A stretch of 64,000 nt of DNA from an uncultured Gemmatimonadales bacterium (GTDB taxonomy: Bacteria > Gemmatimonadota > Gemmatimonadetes > Gemmatimonadales > GWC2-71-9): NCBI GenBank assembly GCA_963728915.1, contig CAVSLV010000001.1, positions 1,280,001-1,344,000 of the forward strand, read 5' to 3'. Positions 33,038 through 42,262 of the stretch are shown here, one piece after another. Under the pieces are notes generated by a model. That model was given only the letters and a program-made list of their open reading frames with translations. It was not told where the DNA came from and did no database searches. Position 1 is the first letter of the stretch; each line of letters opens with the position of its first letter. Position numbers and translations under genes: made by a program.

Positions 33038-34651
33038 CTACGAAGGGCCGGGGGAGCGGGGCAGCCGGTCGTCGACGATTTCCAAATCTAATTCGGTGGC
33101 CGCGACGTCGAGCGCGGGGTCGAGCCGGCGGATTCGCTCCAGCTCCGCGGCTCGCAGGTCCCGGGGGGGAGCGACCACCGAGGCGGCCGGGCTCGCCTGG
33201 ATCTGAATCCTGGGATTGCCGGCGAACCTGCCAGCCAGAATCTCCTGCATCAGCGGGCCGTGCCGCGCGAGGGCGCCCTCGACCAGGAACTCGTGGCCGG
33301 GGGTCGGCTGAATGAGGATCGTCCCGCCGCTCACTGATTGGGGCGTCGCGAGCTCCAGGGCTTCACCCAGCATCCGGCTCCGGTCCCGGGCAAGCCCGAC
33401 GATCTCCGCCCATCCGGTGCTCACCGTTTCGAGGGTCAGAAGCGCCTCACCGGACGGGTTGGGGCTTGAAGCGCGTGCGGCGGGTTTCGCCGGCTTGCCT
33501 GGTGTCTCGATCGGCTCTCGTCCGCTCAGGACCCGCTCGAGGTCGACAATGCGATCCATCACGGTCCAGCGCAGCAGCAGCGTCTCGACGATCAGCCGCG
33601 CGCTCGCCGACCGGCGGATGCCCGCCTCGGCATCGGCCAGAAGCCCGAGCATCCGTACCAGGTCTCCCGCCCCGAGCTTGCCTCGGGCGCTTTCGACCGC
33701 CTGCCGTTGGGTCTCGGTCAGCCCGTCCGGCGCCGCTCCGCTTTCCACCATCAGCACGGCCCGGAGCAGATCGGCGGTGCCGGTCATGAACTCAGCCAGA
33801 TCGGCCCCGGCACCAACCAGTCGTTCGACCAGGGGAAACACCGCCGCGGTATCCCGTTCGGCGATCGCCCGAAGCACCTCTGCGTACTGCTCGTCATCGA
33901 TCAGCCCCAGCACCTGTCGGACCCCGGCTGCGGTGATCGGTCCCTCCCCGAAGGAGAGCACCTGATCGAGGACCGACAGGGCGTCCCGCATGCCTCCATC
34001 GGCGTAGCGGGCGATCACGGCCAGCGCATCCTCATCGGCCTCCAGCCGTTCCTGGGCAAGGACCTGTTTCAGGCGCTCGCGAATCGCGGCGGGACCGATC
34101 CGCCGAAAATCGAATCGCTGGAGACGGGAAAGAACCGGCGCGGCGGTCGAAGCGATCTTCTGCGGCTCGGTCGTTGCGAACACGAACACCACCCCGGGAG
34201 GCGGCTCTTCGAGCACCTTGAGCAGGGCGTTCCACGCTTCGCGGGTGAGCATGTGAGCTTCGTCGATGATGTAGACCTTGTGACGCCCTTCCTGGGACGC
34301 GGCATACATGGCGCGCTCCCGGAGATCACGGGCATCATCGACCCCGCGATTGCTCGCCGCGTCGATTTCCACCACGTCCAGGGTGGCGGCGCCGCTCCAG
34401 ATTCGCTCGCAGCTCGGCACAGACTCCGCAGGGCTCGCCGGGTTCGGAGCCTGGTCCCGGCGCTCGCAATTCAGCGCCATGGCGAGAATCCGGGCCGCGG
34501 TGGTCTTGCCGGTTCCCCGGGGACCGGTGAGCAGGTACCCATGGCCGACCCGCCCGCGCGCCACCGCTCCGCGCAGCGCGGCAGCGACATGGTCCTGCAC
34601 CAGAAGATCGGAGAACCGGCGAGGCCGGTATTTGCGGGCGAGCGCGATCAC
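33038..34651 (-). CDS. dnaX: DNA polymerase III subunit gamma/tau
   Basis: LARKYRP, GPRGTGKTT, EIDAASNRG, IIDEAHML, NALLKVLEEPP, GGMRDALS. Confidence 0.96.
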   Translation of the reverse strand: MIALARKYRPRRFSDLLVQDHVAAALRGAVARGRVGHGYLLTGPRGTGKTTAARILAMALNCERRDQAPNPASPAESVPSCERIWSGAATLDVVEIDAASNRGVDDARDLRERAMYAASQEGRHKVYIIDEAHMLTREAWNALLKVLEEPPPGVVFVFATTEPQKIASTAAPVLSRLQRFDFRRIGPAAIRERLKQVLAQERLEADEDALAVIARYADGGMRDALSVLDQVLSFGEGPITAAGVRQVLGLIDDEQYAEVLRAIAERDTAAVFPLVERLVGAGADLAEFMTGTADLLRAVLMVESGAAPDGLTETQRQAVESARGKLGAGDLVRMLGLLADAEAGIRRSASARLIVETLLLRWTVMDRIVDLERVLSGREPIETPGKPAKPAARASSPNPSGEALLTLETVSTGWAEIVGLARDRSRMLGEALELATPQSVSGGTILIQPTPGHEFLVEGALARHGPLMQEILAGRFAGNPRIQIQASPAASVVAPPRDLRAAELERIRRLDPALDVAATELDLEIVDDRLPRSPGPS

Positions 34652-34658
34652 GTCAGGC

Positions 34659-34753
34659 GGTCGGTGAGGTCAGGGGGTCGGTGAGGTTGGGCTGGGAGAC
34701 CGAGCGGGGGCGGCCGACCCCACCGACCTCACCGACCCCACTGACCTCACCGA
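34659..34753. repeat. 9-mer tandem repeats (GGTCGGTGA) plus inverted copies between ffs and dnaX
   Basis: GGTCGGTGA GGTCAGGG GGTCGGTGA GGTTGG (34659-34690); CCGACCCCA CCGACCTCA CCGACCCCA CTGACCTCA CCGA (34714-34753). Confidence 0.8.
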
Positions 34754-34757
34754 GAAT

Positions 34758-34854
34758 GCCCCAGGCTACCCGAAGCTGCACCGGACATCGCTTAGCGCTG
34801 CTACCGGCAAGGTCCTGACGCGGTTCGCGCGCCGACACCCTTCGGACCTGGGGC
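34758..34854 (-). ncRNA. ffs: Small bacterial SRP RNA (4.5S)
   Basis: Terminal stem GCCCCAGG/CCTGGGGC; domain IV GAACC..GTCAGG-ACC-loop-GGT-AGCAGC..TAAG; immediately upstream of dnaX; TAGATT -10 just upstream. Confidence 0.88.
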
Positions 34855-35881
34855 GTCCCAATCTAACCGGCCCCAGGATCACGTGGCAGGGCTCCTCGGT
34901 GGCTCGCCGTTCCATCGCGCTCTGCTCGAGCGGAATGTTCGCCGTCGCGGTGCTCCGGGCCAGCCCGCCCCGCTGCACTCGCTGGAGCTCGCGCAGCTCC
35001 CAGGTTTCCGCCACCACGCCGCCGAGCAGGAACACCAGGGCGGAGAAATAGAGCCAGACCACGAAAAGAAGGATGGCTCCGATCGAGGCATCCACCGCCG
35101 CGGCGCCATATCCGGTCGCGCTGCGGAGATAGATCGCATAGAGGCGCTTCGCGATCTCGAAGGCGACCGCCATGAACGACGCCGCAAGGAGGGCAGCCGG
35201 CCGAGTCACCCGCCGGAGGGCCGCGTGCCGGTAGAGCAGGTAGAACAGCGCGATCAGGAATCCAAAGCCGAGAACCTCGCCGGCCCACCCCTCCAGGGTT
35301 CGGATCACCGAGTTGTTTCCCAGCCCGCTGGAGGCGAAGTAATTGCGAAGAAACGCGAAGCCGGACGTCAGCGTGGTATTGGCGAGAAACAGGGTGAGAG
35401 TGAGCAGGACCATCCAGAGGTCGCGCGCCTTGGCGAGCAGAAACCGGATCAGGAAGTGGCCCTTGGGGGGCCGCAGGGCGACATCGAAGATGCTGTTCAG
35501 CGCGGACCGAATGCCCCCGAACAGGCGGGTGCTGAACCAGAGGAACGCGGGAATCGCTACCAGGGAGAGCGAGCGCCCAACCTGGGTGAGGCGCCCCAGG
35601 ATGGCTTCCACCGTGCCGAAGGGGTCCTGCAGGCCGATCGGGTGAGGAGGAAGGAACCGCTCGAACAACGTCGCCGGATCGATGGCCCCGCCTTCCAGCC
35701 ATTGAAGGATCAGGCCCAATCCGGCGAACAGCAGCAGGAGGAGCGGAATGGCGGCGAGCAGCCCGTCGAACGTGAGGGCGCTCGCCAGAAAGGGGATGTT
35801 GTTCTCGTCAGCCGCCTGAAGGACCCGCCAGAAAAATCCCCGGATCGTGCGATACCAGGCCCGGCGAGGTCGCCGGCTCAG
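34766..35881 (-). CDS. YihY/virulence factor BrkB family membrane protein
   Basis: Frame extends upstream of the track start through DENNIPFLASALTFDGLLAAIP to a CTG overlapping the previous TGA; ILLFVVWLYFSALVFLLG; true C-terminus uncertain. Confidence 0.85.
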   Translation of the reverse strand: MSRRPRRAWYRTIRGFFWRVLQAADENNIPFLASALTFDGLLAAIPLLLLLFAGLGLILQWLEGGAIDPATLFERFLPPHPIGLQDPFGTVEAILGRLTQVGRSLSLVAIPAFLWFSTRLFGGIRSALNSIFDVALRPPKGHFLIRFLLAKARDLWMVLLTLTLFLANTTLTSGFAFLRNYFASSGLGNNSVIRTLEGWAGEVLGFGFLIALFYLLYRHAALRRVTRPAALLAASFMAVAFEIAKRLYAIYLRSATGYGAAAVDASIGAILLFVVWLYFSALVFLLGGVVAETWELRELQRVQRGGLARSTATANIPLEQSAMERRATEEPCHVILGPVRLGRPRSEGCRRANRVRTLPVAALSDVRCSFG

Positions 35882-36288
35882 GCGACCGGCTCCTCATCCT
35901 CGGCGGACAAGGCGCGGCGTCGGCGGGCGCGTGCCTCGGCCAGACGCTGTTCGAGTTCTTGCCTGGCCGTGGACACGCTCCGTTTGCGGTCGGGTTCACG
36001 GGCACCGTTCTCAGCCTCCAGCTCTTCTTCTTCCTCGTCCGCCCCTGGACCTCCGGAAGGCAGCTTCTCCTCCCGGGACATCGCGTCCTTGACGTCGCTG
36101 ATCGCCTGATCCGCGGCGTCCCTGAGCTTCTTGAGGCGGCGGCCCACCATCCGCCGGGTGTGGTCGCCCGAGTGGGGAGCAAACAGCAGGGCCAGGCCCG
36201 CGCCGACGGCCCCTCCGATCAGAAACCACATCACCGATGCGCTTCCCTCCCGCTCGACCAGGACGACCGGTTCTTCGTTTCGCTTCAT
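35878..36288 (-). CDS. YtxH domain protein
   Basis: FLIGGAVGAGLALLFAPHSGDHTRR; GGAG RBS before ATG 36288. Confidence 0.88.
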   Translation of the reverse strand: MKRNEEPVVLVEREGSASVMWFLIGGAVGAGLALLFAPHSGDHTRRMVGRRLKKLRDAADQAISDVKDAMSREEKLPSGGPGADEEEEELEAENGAREPDRKRSVSTARQELEQRLAEARARRRRALSAEDEEPVA

Positions 36289-36304
36289 GGGTGCATCTCC
36301 TTGT

Positions 36305-37651
36305 TTACTCTCCCGCTTCGGCATCATCGACCGCCCGCCCCTGAGGACGGTGGAGGGCATCCCAGCTCAGGCGGCTGGCTGGAACATATCGCTCCACCAG
36401 CTTGCCGGTATCGGCCACCTTGAGCTGATCGAACAGAAACCCGAAGGTCCGCTCCAGATCCGCCGCGATGGCGGAACGGGTCGCTTCCGGAAGGTCCCAG
36501 CACCGTCGCTTGAATGGGCCGATCGCCTTCTTCCGGGCGCGATAGTAGAACTGTTCCGGCGTGTCTCCCGATTTTCGCTCCCCCGCCGCATTGGCTTCGA
36601 GCCATTGCAGCATCTCGTCGCGAAGATCGGCCGGGAGGCTGGCGTGGTCGAAGATGATGTTCTGGAAATTGGTGGCGAGGTGAATCTCGACGGTTTCGAC
36701 CCGGGGAAAATTGCCGAACGCGTCGGGGGGCAGGGTGCTGGCGCCATGCTGCACCGCCCCGCCTAACCCGTAGGACCGGCGCGCCGCCAGGGATAGCGCC
36801 TCGAGCGCGACCAGGTCGAGCTTGACCTCGGCGATGGATCCATCCGGAAGCACGACCCCGCCATGGGAGGTCCCGGTCTGCACCGAGATCTTGCTCAGCC
36901 CGGGAAGTGCGTCGCCGAGGCGGGAGAGGGAACGGTTGTACCCGTCCATGAACGCGTGGAGCTCTTCCACCGTGCTGTTCTTGGAGCCGACCTCGCCGAT
37001 CTCGCCTCCCACGGAGACCGTGATCCCCGCCGGTTCGATCGAGCGGATGAATGCCGTGATCTCGGCGGCCCGCTCGTAGTTGGTTTGCTGCTGGAGATCC
37101 AGGTTCGGCTGGGAGAGATCGACCAGGGTCGAAGTGTCCACGTCGATATTGAAGAAGCCGGCCCCGATTTCCTCGGCAATGAGCTTCTTGACCTCACCCA
37201 CTTCGCCTTCCGGATCGGTCCCATATTTCTTCGCGTTGACCTGGCAGTGGTCGCCCTGAATGAACACGGGGTGGGGATACCCTTCCCGCAAGGCGGCCGC
37301 GAGGACGACGGCCACATACTCCGCGGGTCGCTGGTCGGTGTAGGCGATTTCCGAACGGGCAATCTCGAGGATGATCGCGCCGGCGCTTCGGGCGCGGGCC
37401 GCCCGAAAAACCGCTCGCGCGGTATCGTAGGCCAGCATCCGGACGTTGATGGCGGGCACGGTGAAGCCACCGCATTCCCCCCGACCCCGGGCGAGGTAGA
37501 GCGCGTGAATCGAGGCCGGTCCAATGCCTGCTTCCAGCGCCAATTCCCAGATCCGCCGACGGGCAAGCTCCCGACTATCCCCATCGCCGAAGACCGCATC
37601 ACGAGCCAACTGGTCAAGAGCGGCGGGCGAGGACCTCAGGTGAGTGGTCAT
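36305..37651 (-). CDS. Class II fructose-bisphosphate aldolase family protein
   Basis: FTVPAIN, FIQGDH, GGEIGEVG, GTSHGG, VQHGASTL. Confidence 0.88.
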   Translation of the reverse strand: MTTHLRSSPAALDQLARDAVFGDGDSRELARRRIWELALEAGIGPASIHALYLARGRGECGGFTVPAINVRMLAYDTARAVFRAARARSAGAIILEIARSEIAYTDQRPAEYVAVVLAAALREGYPHPVFIQGDHCQVNAKKYGTDPEGEVGEVKKLIAEEIGAGFFNIDVDTSTLVDLSQPNLDLQQQTNYERAAEITAFIRSIEPAGITVSVGGEIGEVGSKNSTVEELHAFMDGYNRSLSRLGDALPGLSKISVQTGTSHGGVVLPDGSIAEVKLDLVALEALSLAARRSYGLGGAVQHGASTLPPDAFGNFPRVETVEIHLATNFQNIIFDHASLPADLRDEMLQWLEANAAGERKSGDTPEQFYYRARKKAIGPFKRRCWDLPEATRSAIAADLERTFGFLFDQLKVADTGKLVERYVPASRLSWDALHRPQGRAVDDAEAGE

Positions 37652-37699
37652 CAGGATTCCATGTGAGGTAGGACCCGCCCGATATCGCTGGGAAGGGTC

Positions 37700-37728
37700 A
37701 ATCTAGGCCGCTCCTTGGGGGTGGTCAA
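37700..37728 (-). promoter_or_regulatory. Sigma70-type promoter of the aldolase gene
   Basis: TTGACC-17 bp-TAGATT on the minus strand. Confidence 0.7.
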
Positions 37729-37759
37729 ACCACCGTCCAACATTGTCACGGTTCGGTAA

Positions 37760-38060
37760 GCTGTTTTCCACATCCATTGGTGATGTGTAAGTCATGTGGA
37801 TCAATGCCGAATAGTCGAGCAGAATTGTTCATAGAGGACGGAGGAAGAATGTTCATGTGCGGCAAGTACTTCCGATCCGGTCAAGGGCCTTCTGCTCATT
37901 TCAACGTGTGGAAAAGTCGGCTAGTTCACAGGATTGTGGACGGCTTTCTGGGAAGGTGGCCTGGAGCGTTTTCAACAGCACTTTAGGAGAGAATCCGCTT
38001 ACTTTGGTCGCATCTTCAACCGAGCCATCATCATTGGCCCACGAACCGCTATCCACAACC
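37760..38060. other. DnaA-box cluster, candidate replication origin (oriC)
   Basis: Perfect TTWTNCACA matches at 37764 (TTTTCCACA) and 37907 (TGTGGAAAA); 1-mismatch at 37795, 37969, 38049; 2-mismatch at 37784, 37825, 37922; visibly more AT-rich than its flanks. Confidence 0.6.
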
Positions 38061-39497
38061 AGCCTGACGCGCCGAACCAAAATCGTCGCCACTCTGGGCC
38101 CGGCCTGGGATTCCCAGGATCGCATGAGGACCCTGCTCGACGCCGGCGTCAATGTTGTGCGGATCAACTCCAGTCATGGAACCCAGGAAGTTCGGGCCGG
38201 CTGGATCCGACAGCTCCAGGCCATTCAGTCCGAGCGCCAGACTGCTTTCGCCATTCTCTGCGACCTCCAGGGTCCCCGAATCCGGGTTGGAAAGCTCGAC
38301 CAACCAATGATGCTCACGGCGGGGCAATCGGTCGTCTTCGCACCGGAACGGATGGCCGCCCCAGGCGAAATCCCGACCATGTACGATGGCCTCGCCGGTG
38401 ACGTCAAGCCTGGGAATCGCATTCTTCTGGACGATGGGCTGCTCGCGGTGGAAGTGGCGCGGGTTCAGGGCGATCGGGTCATGGGAAAGGTCCTCTACGG
38501 GGGCACTCTCAATACCAATAAGGGTATCAACCTCCCCGGCATCGAAGTGAGCGCTCCCGCCATCACCGAAAAAGACCGGGAGGACGCCCTCCACGCCGCG
38601 GCTCTCGGGGTCGACTACATCGGAGTGAGCTTCGTCCGGCGCCCGGATGACATCGAGGCGGTGCGCCGGATCGTCCCTGCCCATGTGAAGCTGATCGCGA
38701 AGATCGAGAAGGACACCGCCCTGAGCTATCTCGAAGCCATCGTCGAGGCGGCCGATGCCATCATGGTCGCGCGGGGCGACCTCGGGGTCGAGCTCCCCTT
38801 CGAGCGGGTGCCGCTGGAGCAAAAACGGATCATCCGGACCGCCTCGCGCCATGGGAAGCCCGTCATCACCGCCACACAGATGCTCCAGAGCATGATCTCG
38901 GAGCCCCGGCCCACCCGGGCCGAGGCATCCGACGTGGCCAACGCGATTCTCGACGGTACCGATGCCGTCATGCTCTCGGCGGAAACCGCGGTGGGGAGCT
39001 ACGCGGAGGAGGCGGTGCGCGCGATGGACCGGATTGCCCGGGAAGTCGAGCGCCACCAGCAGAGCGGAGACTGGTCGGACCAGGTCCCCTTCTGGGAAGG
39101 GTCCGGGGTTCGACTGCGGAAGCCCCACGTGACCCGGCGCACCGAAGACGCGATCGCGGTGGCGGTGTGCGCCGCCGCGGACCTGCTTCGAGTTCCCCTG
39201 ATTGTCTGCCTGACCTCGAGCGGGTTCACCGCCCGCACCATTGCCTCCTACCGTCCGGAAGTTCCTATCCTGGCGATGACCCCAGAGCCGATGACCTGCC
39301 GGCAGCTCGCCCTGGTGTGGGGAGTGGTTCCCACGCTCACCGATCACTACCCCACCTATGACGCGATGCTTCCGATCACCCGGGAGACCATCCTCCGGCT
39401 CGGGCTCGCCGCCACGGGAGACCGGGTCGTGGTGACAGCCGGCGTCCCCTTCGACGTCGCCGGAACGACCAACCTGCTCAAGATCGAAGCCGTGTGA
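38004..39497 (+). CDS. pyk: Pyruvate kinase (start uncertain: TTG 38004, TTG 38034 or later)
   Basis: RRTKIVATLGP, DLQGPRIR, IAKIEK, MVARGDLGVE, ATQMLQSM, DAVMLSAETA. Confidence 0.95.
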   Translation: MVASSTEPSSLAHEPLSTTSLTRRTKIVATLGPAWDSQDRMRTLLDAGVNVVRINSSHGTQEVRAGWIRQLQAIQSERQTAFAILCDLQGPRIRVGKLDQPMMLTAGQSVVFAPERMAAPGEIPTMYDGLAGDVKPGNRILLDDGLLAVEVARVQGDRVMGKVLYGGTLNTNKGINLPGIEVSAPAITEKDREDALHAAALGVDYIGVSFVRRPDDIEAVRRIVPAHVKLIAKIEKDTALSYLEAIVEAADAIMVARGDLGVELPFERVPLEQKRIIRTASRHGKPVITATQMLQSMISEPRPTRAEASDVANAILDGTDAVMLSAETAVGSYAEEAVRAMDRIAREVERHQQSGDWSDQVPFWEGSGVRLRKPHVTRRTEDAIAVAVCAAADLLRVPLIVCLTSSGFTARTIASYRPEVPILAMTPEPMTCRQLALVWGVVPTLTDHYPTYDAMLPITRETILRLGLAATGDRVVVTAGVPFDVAGTTNLLKIEAV

Positions 39498-40294
39498 CCC
39501 TGCGGCTCACCCTGCTCGGAACCGGGACCTCCTTCGGAGTTCCCCAGCTTGGTTGCCGGTGCGCGGTTTGTTGCTCGGCCGATCCACGAGACCGGCGCAC
39601 CCGTACCTCCGCCCTCCTCGAGAAACCGGGGGACCCGGCCGTCAGCATCCTCATCGACACTCCGCCTGAGCTTCGCTTGCAGCTCCTCGCGGCGGGAGCG
39701 GGCCGTCTCGATGCCGTGCTCTATACCCACGAGCACGCCGATCATGTCCACGGAATCGATGACCTCCGCGCTTTTTCCGGGTCGGAGGGTCCTCTCCCGC
39801 TCTACGGAAGCGCCGCGACGCTCCGGTTTCTCCGTCAGAGCAATCGCTACATCTTCGATCCCGAGGTCGGGGAGTACGCGGGGACGTCGAAACCCCATCT
39901 CGAACTCCACGAGATCGAGGCCGGGAGGGCCACGGCCATCGGAGGGATTCCGGTGCTTCCTCTGGCCGTGCCTCACGGTCACAGCACGGTGCTGGCATTC
40001 CGGTTCGGCCCGGTGGGGTACGTCACCGATGCCAAGGAGATCGGTCCCCGGGAGCGACAGCAGCTCCAGGGCGTCGAAGTCCTGGTCCTGAACGCCCTCT
40101 GGTGGCATCCGCATCCGACCCATCTCAGTATCCCCGAGGCGATCGAAACCGCCCAGGCCATCGGGGCTCGTCGGACTATTCTCACCCACCTGTCCCACCG
40201 GACCGGGCATGCCGAGCTGGCCGCCCGGCTTCCGCCGGGCATCGAGCCGGGTTACGATGGGCTCATCGTGGAGGTGACCGGTCATGCGGCTTGA
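39494..40294 (+). CDS. MBL-fold metallo-hydrolase (PhnP-like)
   Basis: LLGTGTSFGVP, CxCxxC, THEHADHVHG, THLSH. Confidence 0.9.
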   Translation: MTLRLTLLGTGTSFGVPQLGCRCAVCCSADPRDRRTRTSALLEKPGDPAVSILIDTPPELRLQLLAAGAGRLDAVLYTHEHADHVHGIDDLRAFSGSEGPLPLYGSAATLRFLRQSNRYIFDPEVGEYAGTSKPHLELHEIEAGRATAIGGIPVLPLAVPHGHSTVLAFRFGPVGYVTDAKEIGPRERQQLQGVEVLVLNALWWHPHPTHLSIPEAIETAQAIGARRTILTHLSHRTGHAELAARLPPGIEPGYDGLIVEVTGHAA

Positions 40295-41670
40295 CTACAC
40301 CCGAAGCCTTTCGGAAAACCTGGATGGGGAACACGGTCTCCCCCGCTCCCGTCTCGAGGAGCTTCGCCGGCGATTCGCCGAGGTTCGCGGCGAGGTGGCG
40401 GCCCGCCGGCAGAAGGGAGAATACGGCTTCTACGGGTTAGGGCGGCAGGAGGCCACGGTCGCGGGGATCCGGCGATTCGCCGAAGGCGTGGGCCAGGCCT
40501 ACGACCACATTCTGGTGCTGGGGATCGGCGGTTCGGCGTTGGGAACCAAGGCCCTCGTCAATGCCCTCCGGCCCGCCGCCTGGAACGAGCTGAGCGATGA
40601 GGACCGGGAATTCTTTCCGCGAATCACCGTGCTCGAGAATGTCGATCCCGTCTCGATCGGCGCGGCACTCCGGCGGATCGACCCACGCCGGGTTCTGGTC
40701 AACGTCATCAGCAAGTCCGGGGGGACCGCGGAAACCCTGGCTCAGCTTCTCATCGTGCGCCAGTGGCTGGACCAGGCCCTGGGACCCGACGCCGCCAGCC
40801 GGCACCTGGTGATCACCACCGACCCCGAAAAGGGTCCCCTCCGCGAGATGGCCGGACGCGAGGGAATTCCGGCGCTGGAAGTGCCGCCGGAGATCGGGGG
40901 CCGCTTCAGCGTGCTCACGCCGGTCGGGTCTGCTTCCTGCCGCGCTCATCGGGATCGATATCGAGGGTCTCCTGGCCGGCGCCAAGCGTGAAGTCGAAAA
41001 GGCGAGCCGGGAGGACCTCCTCAAGAATCCAGCCGCCCTCTACGCTGCCCTGCTCTGGGGAGCGGATACCTGGCTTGGTGGCCGGATCCACGTCCTCATG
41101 CCCTACTCGGACCGGCTCCGGGAGTTCGCGGCGTGGTTCTGCCAGCTCTGGGCCGAAAGCCTGGGCAAACGAGTGGACCGGCGCGGGGCGGTAGTCCATG
41201 CCGGACCGACCCCGGTGGCGGCGGTCGGGGCGACCGATCAGCACAGCCAGGTGCAGCTCTACATGGAAGGCCCCTACGACAAGGTGGTGACCTTCCTGCG
41301 CATCGAACACCCCGGCGAGGACCTCGCCATTCCCCGCCGGGAAGGGCTCCCGGAGGAGATGGCCTACCTGCCGGGGCACACCATGGGAGAGCTGCTCCAG
41401 GCCGAGCAGGAAGCCACCTCGGCGGCCCTGGCTCGCATGGGACGGATGAACCTCACCCTGTCGCTCCCCTCCCTGTCCGCCGAGGCCATGGGGGAGCTCT
41501 TCATGTTCTTCCAGATCGCCACCGGGTTCGCCGGGGTCTGGTACGGGGTCAACCCGTTCGACCAGCCTGGGGTGGAGCTCGGGAAACGAATCACCTTCGC
41601 CGCTATGGGGCGCCCGGGGTATACCCGGGAGCCCGCTCCGACGGCGGGTCCCCCCGATATCGCCGAGTAG
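40284..41670 (+). CDS. pgi: Glucose-6-phosphate isomerase; +1 frameshift at ~40926-40929
   Basis: LGIGGSALG, ISKSGGTAET, IGGRFSVL in the first frame; QLWAESLGK, DQHS, NPFDQPGVELGK in the second; removing one G restores VGLLPAAL. Confidence 0.92.
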
Positions 41671-41679
41671 CGGCGGTTA

Positions 41680-41895
41680 TCAACGAACCGGGAGAATCCG
41701 TCCTCTCGGCGCTGGAACCACGCGGCCCTGCTCACGGGCCGTGGCGATCCAAAGCGTGATGGCTTCCTGGGCGCTTTCGACTGCCTCAGTTGGCGTGTTG
41801 CCATGTGCGAGGCAACCGGGAAGTTCGGGAACTTCCACGACGTATACGGCATCCTCGGGACTCCAGGACACGAGCATCTCATACCGATGGGTCAT
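41680..41895 (-). CDS. hicB: HicB-family antitoxin (short form, no DNA-binding domain)
   Basis: WSPEDAVYVVEVPELPGCLAHGNTPTEAV...VPAP. Confidence 0.88.
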   Translation of the reverse strand: MTHRYEMLVSWSPEDAVYVVEVPELPGCLAHGNTPTEAVESAQEAITLWIATAREQGRVVPAPRGRILPVR

Positions 41896-42154
41896 TCGGT
41901 TTCTCCGATTTTCGAATACCGTATTTGAGGAGCAATTTCCTGACCTGACGAACCTGGTACACTTTGGCTGAAGCTCCGGCCCGCTGGAGGTTGATCAGCT
42001 CAACGACATCCGCCCTTGCAAAGATATGGTGGCTGCCTCTCTGTCGCTCGGCAAATCCAAGCGCCCGGAGCAGAGAGCAGAGTTCGGCGAAATCGACGTT
42101 GGCATCGGCTCCCCCCGCGAGGATCTCCTGGAGCAATCGCGCATGATTGGTCAT
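41879..42154 (-). CDS. hicA: HicA-family mRNA interferase toxin
   Basis: LLRALGF, RGSHHIF, AKVYQVRQV; toxin-first order overlapping hicB. Confidence 0.88.
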   Translation of the reverse strand: MTNHARLLQEILAGGADANVDFAELCSLLRALGFAERQRGSHHIFARADVVELINLQRAGASAKVYQVRQVRKLLLKYGIRKSEKPNDPSV

Positions 42155-42262
42155 TCGAAGGAGAATGGCGAATCACGAGCCGCACTCGTCTACCAACATC
42201 CCGCGGTCCAAGGCTGAAAAACGCAGCGCACATCGGCTCGAAGCGTTGTCTCAACTTCACTC

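Noticed and set aside
37777..38003. Small ORF 37777..37986 and pyk start at 37857
   Set aside because: They run through the DnaA-box-rich spacer with atypical composition; Pyk similarity starts near 38064
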